Below are positions 9,559 through 18,395 of a stretch of DNA of 62,151 nt, one piece after another. The DNA lies in IMG/VR virus record IMGVR_UViG_3300048831_000054, positions 1 to 62,151 of that record. One strand, 5' to 3'. How positions within the stretch are numbered: the first letter of the stretch is position 1; every line of letters begins with the position of its first letter. This DNA is from a virus. Taxonomy: Duplodnaviria; Caudoviricetes. Both the position numbers and the translations under genes were made by a program. The notes under the pieces were generated by a model. The model was given only the letters and a program-made list of their open reading frames with translations. It was not told the DNA's origin and did not search any database.

Positions 9559-10158
9559 TCACAGCGTCCTCCACTCCTTCAGCCACGCATTTACCGCGGC
9601 CAACTTCTGCTCCTGGTCATCCGAGGTCCTACCGTGCTGGTCGCACCAGAGCAGGCTGAGCCACGCGTCGTGAACGCCACGCTCGATCATCGATAGCTTC
9701 AGGGCCTTGCGCTTGCGCTCGTCCTTGAGCTGGAATGGAACGTGGTGCTCGATCATGAAGGCGATGTGCGACACGTCCATGACATCGAGCTCAAGCGCAG
9801 CGAGATCGTCCTTGTGTCGGAGCGCGTAGTCGACCCACATGCGAGCAGAGAGCTGCTCATGTCCATGGTAGGCGCGGTACTCGCCGCGGTCCTCCTTGAA
9901 CTTGATCACCTCGGCCGGCGGCTTGCCCACGTCGTGGAACAGGCAGGCGATGCCAGTCAGCGTGCAATCACGCGGTGAAAGGGCCTTCGCAACGTCGCGC
10001 CACAGCACGTCAAGCAGCATCTCCGTGTGGACCGCGACGTTGGCCTCACGGTGCCACGGCGAGTCCTCGACAGTACGCACCATGGCAGCCCACTCCGGGG
10101 ACTGCTTGAAGCGGGCCTCGAATGAGATGAACTCAACAATTTGCTGCACGGCGTCCAT
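9559..10158 (-). CDS. HD-domain phosphohydrolase
   Basis: SPWHREANVAVHT, CLFHDVGKP, GHEQLSA, IEHH, CDQHGR; start ATG 10158. Confidence 0.85.
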   Translation of the reverse strand: MDAVQQIVEFISFEARFKQSPEWAAMVRTVEDSPWHREANVAVHTEMLLDVLWRDVAKALSPRDCTLTGIACLFHDVGKPPAEVIKFKEDRGEYRAYHGHEQLSARMWVDYALRHKDDLAALELDVMDVSHIAFMIEHHVPFQLKDERKRKALKLSMIERGVHDAWLSLLWCDQHGRTSDDQEQKLAAVNAWLKEWRTL

Positions 10159-10165
10159 CAAAGTG

Positions 10166-10441
10166 TCACTCCTTGAAGATCTCGTCCAGAACGGCGTCGA
10201 GGAAGCGGAACGGCTCGCTGTCGGTGGCGCCCACTGCCTCGTATTCGCCCATGATCCGTACCATCGCGCGGTACGTTTCCTCGCGCGAGTACCCAGCGTT
10301 GACAAACTCGCTGAGCTTCTCGCTCAACGTCCGGGCGGCGCGGTCAGCGATCTCACCCATGGAGATGTAGAGCTGCCACTGCTGGGCAGTGAACTGCGCC
10401 AGGACCTTCACCGTCACCTGTCTCGTCAGTCCTCTCATCAC
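10166..10441 (-). CDS. Hypothetical protein
   Basis: 91-aa ORF with GATDSEP motif; ATGA overlap with upstream gene. Confidence 0.65.
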   Translation of the reverse strand: MMRGLTRQVTVKVLAQFTAQQWQLYISMGEIADRAARTLSEKLSEFVNAGYSREETYRAMVRIMGEYEAVGATDSEPFRFLDAVLDEIFKE

Positions 10442-10722
10442 ATGCTCCAGTAGGTCTCGCTCGACGGGTCGCAGCAGAGCGGTGTGTTGACCGGCTGCGT
10501 GAACTCTTGGCCCGACAGCAGGTTGCGCTTCGTCTCCTGCTTCTCGATGTGCGTGTAGAACTCACTGGCCTCGGCGATCGCGTAGTCGTCGCGATTGACC
10601 TTGCCCGCGTTGACCGCCCGCGTCAGGCCGGCCTTGGCCGAGCTGAGGTCGGCGTAGGTTCTGGCCCCGTTGCGCCGCTTCAGGATCCGCGTGGACTCTT
10701 TGTTGTAGATGACGAATGACAT
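10438..10722 (-). CDS. Hypothetical early protein
   Basis: AKAGLTR...NLLSGQEF..VNTPLCCDPSSETYWSM; GAGG RBS. Confidence 0.75.
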   Translation of the reverse strand: MSFVIYNKESTRILKRRNGARTYADLSSAKAGLTRAVNAGKVNRDDYAIAEASEFYTHIEKQETKRNLLSGQEFTQPVNTPLCCDPSSETYWSM

Positions 10723-10732
10723 GATGCGCTCC

Positions 10733-10978
10733 TCAGAAAGGTTGGCACATGTTCGGGAACCGCTCGGTGTCGTTGAACTGCTTCACCGCCCGCAGTCCAC
10801 CCAGCCACGCCGCGTCGCTGTCCGTGAAGACGAAGCCCGACGTGACGGTCGCGCAGACGTACTGGCGTGCGATGGGGAACTCCGGGGTGGGAGCTACGTG
10901 GCGAACGACGTCCATCTCAACCGCGAACTTGTCCAGCCGGCCGATAACTGCCTTGACCTTCGCTTCCACCTGGTTCAT
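10733..10978 (-). CDS. Hypothetical early protein
   Basis: GGAGG RBS before MNQVEAK; directly downstream of a sigma70-type promoter. Confidence 0.65.
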   Translation of the reverse strand: MNQVEAKVKAVIGRLDKFAVEMDVVRHVAPTPEFPIARQYVCATVTSGFVFTDSDAAWLGGLRAVKQFNDTERFPNMCQPF

Positions 10979-11004
10979 CCGTACCTCCACCATCCGATAG
11001 AAGC

Positions 11005-11034
11005 ATTATACAACAGGTCCCCGGAAAAGTACAC
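11005..11034 (-). promoter_or_regulatory. Sigma70-type pre-replicative promoter
   Basis: gTGTACT-N17-TATAAT. Confidence 0.7.
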
Positions 11035-11059
11035 AGGTTGACCCGGAATTGTAACAGGG

Positions 11060-11320
11060 CTACCGGCGCTTCCTCCAGGTGTATTCCTCACCGTCCGGGG
11101 TCTTTCCATCAACGATGCCATCAACGCCGGGCTTCGTGACGTTGTCTGAGTGCTCCATGGAGATGCAGACGTGCCTGAACCCCTCGTTGCGCTGCCGGTT
11201 GGCAAAGGCCAGCGCGTCGGTCAGTTGCAGTTCGGTGAACGTGCGGGCCTGCGGCTCGGACATGTTTGGGAACAGCCCCTCACCCGACCCTGGCTTGATC
11301 CAAAAGACGACAATGCTCAT
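11060..11320 (-). CDS. Hypothetical protein
   Basis: 86 aa ending KPGVDGIVDGKTPDGEEYTWRKRR. Confidence 0.7.
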   Translation of the reverse strand: MSIVVFWIKPGSGEGLFPNMSEPQARTFTELQLTDALAFANRQRNEGFRHVCISMEHSDNVTKPGVDGIVDGKTPDGEEYTWRKRR

Positions 11321-11326
11321 GGTTGA

Positions 11327-11356
11327 ATTCTATCACACCTCAGGCGTTGTCAAAAC
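11327..11356 (-). promoter_or_regulatory. Sigma70-type promoter
   Basis: GTTTTGACA...GTGTGA-TAGAAT. Confidence 0.6.
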
Positions 11357-12383
11357 CCGCCCGCAGCAGGTTCAGCTGCCTCTCGACCCGCCGCTCGAAC
11401 AGCTCGACCTGCCTTGGTTCTCGAAAGTCGCCATTGTACAGGTCGACACGCCTGACATCAGGCAGGTCATGGTAGGTCGAGGTGTAGAAGTCCCGCACCC
11501 ACACCGTGTTGTGAATGTTCAGCAGCAGGCCCCGCAGCACCTGGTAGGTCGTTGACTTCGCGGCGTCCACCTCCAGCACCAGCCGCGCCAGCGGCAGGCA
11601 GGCCTGCTCAAGCCGCGACTTTGAGCGCACGGCGTGGATGAGCGCGTTCACCTCAGTTACGGAGAACTGCTCAGAGGCCAGGATGTCCTCAACGTACCTG
11701 TCAAAGAGGTCGCTGCAGAGCTGCGGGTCGTCAAGGTCAAAGCTCGCCATCGTGATGGCGTGGCTGGCAAGCTCGCTGCGGTTGCCACGCGTCAGCTCAG
11801 GGTTGTCAAGGGACTTCAGCAGCAGCTCAAAGTACAGCCGCTTCTTGTGGAGCGGGCGCTCCATCTCCGACTCGAGGTGATCGATCGTCAGCGCATTGAC
11901 CTCCACCACGCTGACGTGGTGGTCTGGCAGGAACCCCTCGTGCACGTGGCCGACCCACCGGCCGGCCAGCTCGGTTGAGAAGCCACGAGTGAGCCAGGTG
12001 AAAAAGAGCCCAGAGCTGTCGGCGCGGCGAATGCTCCACGCCTCCGCCTCCGGCAGCGCCACCTGGTGCTGCCGCAGCCGCTCGTCAGTGTCCACCCAGA
12101 TGAAGTAGCTGGCGTCCTCCACCAGCGGGGCCGCCAGCTCAAGCAGGCAGTTCCTGAACGCTGAGAAGTTCACCTCGGCAAACGCGTTGCGGAAGATGAA
12201 CACGTTGTCGAAGTTCCTGGCGGTCTCTGCCGCCCCCTCAGCTGAGCCATCGGTCGCCCCTGTGTCCAGCATGATGACCTTGCTGGCCAGCGGCGCGTGG
12301 TGCGTGATGAAGTCCGCGACGTGCTTGACGTCGTCCCTGAAGATGTTCAGGATGATGGCGTCACGCCGAATGTCGAGAGTCAT
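11340..12383 (-). CDS. GT2-family (GT-A) glycosyltransferase with helical C-terminal domain
   Basis: MLDTGATDGS, NFSAFRN, WVDTDE (DxD), WVGHVHE. Confidence 0.8.
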   Translation of the reverse strand: MTLDIRRDAIILNIFRDDVKHVADFITHHAPLASKVIMLDTGATDGSAEGAAETARNFDNVFIFRNAFAEVNFSAFRNCLLELAAPLVEDASYFIWVDTDERLRQHQVALPEAEAWSIRRADSSGLFFTWLTRGFSTELAGRWVGHVHEGFLPDHHVSVVEVNALTIDHLESEMERPLHKKRLYFELLLKSLDNPELTRGNRSELASHAITMASFDLDDPQLCSDLFDRYVEDILASEQFSVTEVNALIHAVRSKSRLEQACLPLARLVLEVDAAKSTTYQVLRGLLLNIHNTVWVRDFYTSTYHDLPDVRRVDLYNGDFREPRQVELFERRVERQLNLLRAGFDNA

Positions 12384-12987
12384 AGATCTTTCCTAGGGAA
12401 GGCAGCAGGGTCTCAAACAGGCCAGAGAGGCTGGTCTTGTGCAGCTCCTCACGCACCTCAATGAATACCTCTCTTGGGTAGACATGCTGCAGCCACGCGT
12501 CGAGATAGGAGTAGTGGCCCCACACGTACAGCTTGATGAGCTCCTTGGCGATGGTGACCCACTCGTTCTTTGGGCTAAAGTCAAAGCGGTGCTCAGAGAC
12601 AACGATGTGCCGGGATGGCAGGAACAGGTTCGCGCTCACCTCAAAGTTGCGGTGGATGTGCACGTTCGTCAGCTGACGACGCGCCGCCTCAGTGTCCAGC
12701 ACCTTGACACCGCCGTGCTCATACGTAATCTCGTACTTGTTGGTCGACCAGTACTTGACCGGTCCTGTCTCATCCAGCACGGCTGTGACGTTGTCCAGCA
12801 CGTAGTTGTCGCCCTCGATCATCATGAACCTAGGACTGCGCACCTGGTCAAGCAGCCGCTCATAGGCGTTCTTGATCGAAGTGGCGCCAGAGCCGTCAAT
12901 CGCCGTGACCTTGCCTAGCACGTGCCGCGCACGGGCCAGGTTCTCCTCCCAGTTCAGCTCACCCGAGTATAAGAAGACGACATCCAC
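12361..12987 (-). CDS. Putative glycosyltransferase-like protein
   Basis: MDVVFLYSGELNWEEN..IDG..FMMIEGDNYV..YEHGGVK; GT-A-like pattern next to a GT2 gene. Confidence 0.55.
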   Translation of the reverse strand: MDVVFLYSGELNWEENLARARHVLGKVTAIDGSGATSIKNAYERLLDQVRSPRFMMIEGDNYVLDNVTAVLDETGPVKYWSTNKYEITYEHGGVKVLDTEAARRQLTNVHIHRNFEVSANLFLPSRHIVVSEHRFDFSPKNEWVTIAKELIKLYVWGHYSYLDAWLQHVYPREVFIEVREELHKTSLSGLFETLLPSLGKIYDSRHSA

Positions 12988-13261
12988 CTACCTGCTCCTC
13001 GCTGAAGGTATCTCGGAACTCGTTTCGCGTGAGTGACCTGAACAGCTCAACCTTGTCCTCGACGTGGTCGCGCTCATTGAAGCGGTAGGCGAGGAAGGAA
13101 CCGGCGCTGCCAAAGTGGGCGTCCAGCTTGCAGGCACAGTACATCGTCATGGAGTTGATGTAGCGGTGCACGTGGCCGTGCCGCTCCCAGTCCAGCTTGA
13201 ACGCGACGTCGTAGTTGCCTAGGACAGCGTCCCTCAGGTGCTCAAAGGTTGGTTCACTCAT
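12959..13261 (-). CDS. Hypothetical protein
   Basis: 100-aa ORF whose ATG is 6 nt downstream of TAAATA (13268-13273). Confidence 0.65.
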   Translation of the reverse strand: MSEPTFEHLRDAVLGNYDVAFKLDWERHGHVHRYINSMTMYCACKLDAHFGSAGSFLAYRFNERDHVEDKVELFRSLTRNEFRDTFSEEQVGGCRLLILG

Positions 13262-13280
13262 GCACGGTATTTACCGCGCG

Positions 13281-14825
13281 CTAGACCACCATGAAAGGCA
13301 TAGGTTCATCGCCGAACGTGTCCACCATGTCGGCGTCAGGTTCAACTGCCTCGTACACCAGCTGTCGCGCCGCCTCGTCGTAGGTCGACAGGCGGTTGAG
13401 CACCTTCATGACGACCAGCAACGCGGAGATGGCGTCGTCGGTGGCGCCGAGCTTTGCCTGGTACGTACCGTTGGCCGCGATGAAGTTCTTCAGCTCATAG
13501 ATGATGGTCTCGCTGTTGAGCTTGATCCCACCAGAGATCTTCTCGACCAGGTTCTTGAGTTGCATGCAGGCGACCAGCTTCGACTTTCCGGTGGTGTAGA
13601 CACCGAGCCGGCCAGGCGTCTCGTTGTACAGCTCGACGCCGTCGAGGTAGATGCCACCCTCAGGCGTCTCATCGTTCTGGATCATGGCGACGATCGCCTC
13701 ACCGACGCCGTTCCGCTCAAATGACCACATGACGTCGGCGCGCTGGCCCTTCTCATCTGGCTCGCGCAGGTGCTTCAGCAGCCACTTGAGCTTGGAGTAG
13801 ATGAGCGGGATGTTCACCGTGTTCAGCCTCAGCTCCGCCACCTGCACCAGCGCCGGGAACTCCAGCACCTGGATCGCAGTGAAGTCATTGCCGTTGCCTG
13901 TGGCCGGGTCCATCCCAACGAGGTAGGTCTTGTTCCCACCGATCTTGTCAGTCCAGAACTTGAACCCCATGTTCTCAGAGACCGGCACCTTGGGCGTCAG
14001 GTACACCAGCTTGATGCTGTCGATCAGCATGGCGTCGGAGGACAGGAACTCACACAGCACCTCCTGCCTGAACTTGCGCTCGCCTAGCTGGCCGCGCATC
14101 TCCTTCAGGTACTCCTCACCTCGCTCTGGGTGGCGGTCCCATGGGTAGTACAGCGGCTTGAAGCTGTTCTGCTCAGCATTGGCGGCGCGCCAGAGCTGCG
14201 CGAACAGCTCAGTGTCGCCATTCGGCGTGGAGCTGATGATGGCTGAACCGCCAGTCGACAGCGTCGGGGCCAGCGACGCCCACATGTTCTCTTGAATGCG
14301 CGGGTTGATGAACGCCAGCTCATCGAGGTACAGCTTGGAGATTGAGAGACCACGGCCCGTCTTCTCAGTCGTCGCCTCTGACTTGATGCGAGAGCCATTG
14401 TCAAACTCGATGTTGTGCTTGTTGTAGTACTTGCAGCCTGCCTTCAGCCAGTGCGGCATCTCCTCGTAGGCGAAGCGGATGCGGTCCATGATCTCCATGG
14501 CGTGGCCGTTGTTCTTCGAGGCGATGAGGATGGTCTGGTCATCATTGAACATCGCGTACCACAGCAGGTACATCGAGACCGTCTGCGTCTTGCCCATCTG
14601 GCGCGACAGGAGGGCGATCAGCCAGCGCTCCTGCTGCAGGTGCCGCACGAGCTCCTCTTGGTAGTCGTAGAGGTCAAAGAGGATCTTGCCGCGCGTCGGG
14701 TGCTGCAGGTAGACGTAGTTCTTGATGAAGTGCACCGGGTCGCGACCGCACCGGCGCAGCTCCTGTACGTTCGCAGGAGTGAACTCAGTCTCAGTGTGCG
14801 GGCGCTTGATGAATGGGTTTGGCAT
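13281..14825 (-). CDS. gp17: Terminase large subunit
   Basis: LYDYQ, SRQMGKT, YLDELAF, SSTPNG, FRQEVLCEF, GMDPATG, DDAISA. Confidence 0.95.
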   Translation of the reverse strand: MPNPFIKRPHTETEFTPANVQELRRCGRDPVHFIKNYVYLQHPTRGKILFDLYDYQEELVRHLQQERWLIALLSRQMGKTQTVSMYLLWYAMFNDDQTILIASKNNGHAMEIMDRIRFAYEEMPHWLKAGCKYYNKHNIEFDNGSRIKSEATTEKTGRGLSISKLYLDELAFINPRIQENMWASLAPTLSTGGSAIISSTPNGDTELFAQLWRAANAEQNSFKPLYYPWDRHPERGEEYLKEMRGQLGERKFRQEVLCEFLSSDAMLIDSIKLVYLTPKVPVSENMGFKFWTDKIGGNKTYLVGMDPATGNGNDFTAIQVLEFPALVQVAELRLNTVNIPLIYSKLKWLLKHLREPDEKGQRADVMWSFERNGVGEAIVAMIQNDETPEGGIYLDGVELYNETPGRLGVYTTGKSKLVACMQLKNLVEKISGGIKLNSETIIYELKNFIAANGTYQAKLGATDDAISALLVVMKVLNRLSTYDEAARQLVYEAVEPDADMVDTFGDEPMPFMVV

Positions 14826-15406
14826 TACTTGAAGATGAATTCCTTGATGGCCTTGACGGTGGCCTCGTCCTGCACCGCCTCAAAGTGGTTGGCGTACACG
14901 TCAACCTTCTTCTTGGCCAGTGACTTGCGCTGGGACTCCACCGTCACCACGCCGTCGTTGTCGCCAGAGATGAACGGCAGCGCGCCAGAGACGCTAATCA
15001 CTGACAGGAACGGTTGCTTTGGCTTGACCGTGGTGACCTCCCTGATGATCTTGCTGTGCGGTGACAGGTCCCTCAGGACATGGTAGCCGCCGTAGAACCA
15101 CTTCAGCGTCGAGGCCACGTGGCTGCCGCCGAACGGGGTGCCGATCGTGGCGATGCCGTTGATCTTCAGCCCAGGGGTCGCCCTCACGGCGAGCAGGTGG
15201 GCGATGATCCCGCCCAGGCTGTGGCCAACTATCCAGGTCGGCTCGCTGTCCGTGAGCTCCTCCAGCGCGGTGTGAAAGGAGTTCTCAATGTACTCACCGC
15301 TGTTGTACTCGATGAACTGCGCCTTGTGCTTGGGCAGCTGCGTCTTGATGAAGTTGAAGATCTTCGCTGAGCAGTTCAGACCGTGAATGTAGGTGATCTT
15401 TTCCAT
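14825..15406 (-). CDS. Alpha/beta hydrolase (lipase/esterase)
   Basis: IHG, GHSLGG nucleophile elbow, TPFGGS, NDGVV, NH. Confidence 0.85.
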   Translation of the reverse strand: MEKITYIHGLNCSAKIFNFIKTQLPKHKAQFIEYNSGEYIENSFHTALEELTDSEPTWIVGHSLGGIIAHLLAVRATPGLKINGIATIGTPFGGSHVASTLKWFYGGYHVLRDLSPHSKIIREVTTVKPKQPFLSVISVSGALPFISGDNDGVVTVESQRKSLAKKKVDVYANHFEAVQDEATVKAIKEFIFK

Positions 15407-15663
15407 GACTCGTTTAGCTGCCTCCTCACCGCCGGCCCAAATTTCAGGTTGATCGCCGCGTCGAGGTTTCGCTGGATGATGGCTAACCTAATTAGGTCAT
15501 TCCTAAACCTGTCAATCTGCGGTGCCGTTGGGCGAATTCCCTCGCGGTGGGCCTTGGCGATGGCCTGCATCAGCAGCTGGTCAACGACGTCGCTGTAGTG
15601 ATTGACACGCGCGCTGGTGACGGTAAAGGCCACGCGCGGTGGCCTGTCAGTGTCATCACGCAC
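15376..15663 (-). CDS. Hypothetical protein
   Basis: 95-aa ORF filling the gap in the operon. Confidence 0.55.
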   Translation of the reverse strand: MRDDTDRPPRVAFTVTSARVNHYSDVVDQLLMQAIAKAHREGIRPTAPQIDRFRNDLIRLAIIQRNLDAAINLKFGPAVRRQLNESWKRSPTFTV

Positions 15664-15665
15664 GG

Positions 15666-16010
15666 TCAGCCCTGCTCAGCCGCCCAGACTGCCTTCAGCT
15701 CGTCGCCAAATTCTCTCTCCATGTAGTCGCCGATCCAGGCAGATGGGTCACCTGTACGCGCCTTCATTGTGCCGTACGGCATCTCACTGTGCAGCTCATC
15801 ATAGAGAAAGTCCTCTACCTTGTCATCTGTGGCATTGTCAGCCAGCCAGGCGGCGATGCGCTTGACCATGTCAGCGTCCCCGTCAAGCTTGAAGTGATCT
15901 GCAATTGCATCCTCAAGAGCGGCACGGGCATCTCGCGCTGCATCACCGGCCTTGTCGAGTGGGTCTGGAGACGACTCACGGATGGACAGAAGTTCTCGAA
16001 TTAGGTTCAT
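15666..16010 (-). CDS. Putative internal head protein
   Basis: N-terminus MNLIRELLSIRE/S; contains EMPYGTMKARTGDP..WI. Confidence 0.7.
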   Translation of the reverse strand: MNLIRELLSIRESSPDPLDKAGDAARDARAALEDAIADHFKLDGDADMVKRIAAWLADNATDDKVEDFLYDELHSEMPYGTMKARTGDPSAWIGDYMEREFGDELKAVWAAEQG

Positions 16011-16023
16011 TGCTTCCTCTCAG

Positions 16024-16338
16024 TTATTCACCGACCTTAGCACGGTGCACCTCGCGGTCGAGGTTGGGTTTTGTGACAAATTGCTGGTACATCAGCGCGT
16101 AGGCCTGACGGTCAGTGATGTCACGGCCATGCAACTTCTTGAACATGTTGATCACCCGCTCGGCGGCGTCACCTGGGCGTGACCAGCGCGGCTGAATCAA
16201 CCACGCGGCGGCCTGCACGTACTCGTCATCAGTAAAGGTGGCGTCGTACTCGTTGCGCATCGCCTTGGCCACCTTCCTCGTGATGAGCGGGAAGTTGACC
16301 GCCTCGGTCAGCGCCAGCAGCTCTCGAATGATGCTCAT
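16024..16338 (-). CDS. Putative internal head protein
   Basis: N-terminus MSIIRELLALTE/A. Confidence 0.7.
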   Translation of the reverse strand: MSIIRELLALTEAVNFPLITRKVAKAMRNEYDATFTDDEYVQAAAWLIQPRWSRPGDAAERVINMFKKLHGRDITDRQAYALMYQQFVTKPNLDREVHRAKVGE

Positions 16339-18395
16339 TCGCTGAGGTCCTCGAACTCCACCTCAAGGTAGCCATCGAAGTTCAGCTTGTCTCGCAGGTC
16401 ATCACGAAACTTCTCAAGGTTGAAGCCCTTCTTCGGGTAGAACGCCACGGTCCAGAGCGTTGAGCCGCCGCTGTAGCCCTGGTGCTCAATGTCAATGCCA
16501 AGGTCCTTGACTGCCTTCACCAGCCGGTCACGCAGGCCCTGGCCGGCTGTCACGACGACACCTGGCACCTTCATCTTGGGCCAAGGCTTGTTCTCATACT
16601 TCTTGACTGGCTTCTTTTTCTTGGTCTTGTCCTCGGCACTCATGTCATCCAACCACTTGTCAAGTCCCACCTTGCGGCCGCTTGAGAACCGCACCTCGTC
16701 TGCCTCTTTTACTGGCCACCTGAATGTCAGCTTACCAATGTAGGCCAGGCCTACCTGGTTCGCGCCCAGGAAGCGAGGAGTGTTGAACTCCACGTGAACG
16801 TCGTGACCGGAGAACTTTCGTGCGATCTTCCACACTTGATTCTGATCTAGGTTCGCTGACCGCGCCTTGCTGAAGATGATGTTGACGCTGAAGGTGTCTT
16901 TCTTCTTTCCCCACGGCGCGATGATGACAGAGTCGGCCTTTAGCTCTCGGCGCAGGGCCTTCTCAAGGTCGGGGATGAAGTTCGTCTTGAGCGGGGCCGC
17001 AGCCTCCTGCACTGATTCCTGGTGCAGGTAATCACGGTATGGAGCTGCCCAGTACTTGAACTGCGCCACAGATGATTGGCGGTTGGCTGTCTTCGTGAGG
17101 TGTAGTGCGTGGTCCTTCGCCTCCTGCTCGCTACTGAACTTCAGCAGCTTGCCACCCTGGCGCACGGGAGCGGTGCGATTGCCAGTGACGCCACCTGAGA
17201 CGTTGGCCATGATGATGAACGTCTCGTCCGCTTCCTTCACGTTCTTGGGTGCCTTGTAAGGCTCAACCCAGTAGTTCATGAAGTCATAACCTAGCTTCTT
17301 TCGTTTCGCGTACGGTATGTTGTAGGCGTCCTTCGAAAGTTCCCGGGCGCGTGCCTCGGCCGCTGCCTTCGTTTGGTAGAGCCAGGGCTTGCTGGTGTCG
17401 ATCTTGAACTTCTGGTTGAACACCGGCTTGTATTCCTCTGGTTCTGTGAACTTGCCCATGATGTGCTTTCGTGACTTGATGACGTACTTGCGTCCCTCAT
17501 CAATTTCACGTCGGTCATGGATTACCAGGTCCTCAAGGTGCATGAGCTCGTCAAGCTCCTTGGTCGTCAGCTTGCGCTCCTTCTGCAGGGCGCGCAGCTC
17601 GTACATGCGGCGGCGCCACTTGTCAGTAGTAGCATCTTCCTTTAGCTTGAGCTGCCCTGCCAGCTTCGCGACCTTGAGGTCAAACAGCTTCGCGAGCTGC
17701 TGCACGTACTTCTCGTGCATCTCCTCATCAACGTTAAGAAACAGGTCAAAGACCGCGAATGAAGAAGGAAGCTGAGAAACGTACTTGGCTGGCACGCGGT
17801 CAGGGTACTGCCGCTTGAGGCGCTCGATTACCTCGTACGCGGCTTTGACTGCTGCGTCGCGGATCAGTGACACCTGCTCATCAGAGAAGCCAGTGCGCTT
17901 CAACTGTTCAACGGCAACCTTTGACGGCAAGAAGCGGCGCTTGTCACGGCTGATCATTAGGTCACTGAACCACTGATTCAGCTTGTTCCCAAGGCCTGGA
18001 CCGTACTTCTGGCCACGCACGATCTTCTTGGCAAGCTCCGCATCTTCCTTAATGCGACCATTCTGCAGTGACAACAGATAGTCCTCATCGCTGGCGGAGC
18101 AACCATACTCCTCTATGAAGTCATCAACATCGCCGACGGACATCTCAGATGGGTGCATGCCATCTGACCAGCGCATGAACTTCTGCAGCAGCGCCTTCTT
18201 GTCCGTCTGGCGCTGTTTGCCTTCAGTGACTTGCTTTCCGGCCTTGCGGTCATACGTGCCTACGCACTTGTCGCCCTTCATGGCGACGGTGCAGTCCATC
18301 TCCGCCTTCTCAAACTTGACGTCCTTGCCATGCTCGGCCCGGATGATCTTCATCCAGTCGGTGATGGTCGACTCTAGGATCTCACGGAATTTCAT
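16335..18395 (-). CDS. Putative internal head polyprotein
   Basis: MKFREILE/S leader plus about 7 internal (V/I/L)xE-(G/D/A) sites separating small basic domains. Confidence 0.7.
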   Translation of the reverse strand: MKFREILESTITDWMKIIRAEHGKDVKFEKAEMDCTVAMKGDKCVGTYDRKAGKQVTEGKQRQTDKKALLQKFMRWSDGMHPSEMSVGDVDDFIEEYGCSASDEDYLLSLQNGRIKEDAELAKKIVRGQKYGPGLGNKLNQWFSDLMISRDKRRFLPSKVAVEQLKRTGFSDEQVSLIRDAAVKAAYEVIERLKRQYPDRVPAKYVSQLPSSFAVFDLFLNVDEEMHEKYVQQLAKLFDLKVAKLAGQLKLKEDATTDKWRRRMYELRALQKERKLTTKELDELMHLEDLVIHDRREIDEGRKYVIKSRKHIMGKFTEPEEYKPVFNQKFKIDTSKPWLYQTKAAAEARARELSKDAYNIPYAKRKKLGYDFMNYWVEPYKAPKNVKEADETFIIMANVSGGVTGNRTAPVRQGGKLLKFSSEQEAKDHALHLTKTANRQSSVAQFKYWAAPYRDYLHQESVQEAAAPLKTNFIPDLEKALRRELKADSVIIAPWGKKKDTFSVNIIFSKARSANLDQNQVWKIARKFSGHDVHVEFNTPRFLGANQVGLAYIGKLTFRWPVKEADEVRFSSGRKVGLDKWLDDMSAEDKTKKKKPVKKYENKPWPKMKVPGVVVTAGQGLRDRLVKAVKDLGIDIEHQGYSGGSTLWTVAFYPKKGFNLEKFRDDLRDKLNFDGYLEVEFEDLSE

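Noticed and set aside
13281-14825. Intron or intein in terminase, RNR, helicase or portal
   Set aside because: Proteins are contiguous and of normal length, with no intein motifs seen.
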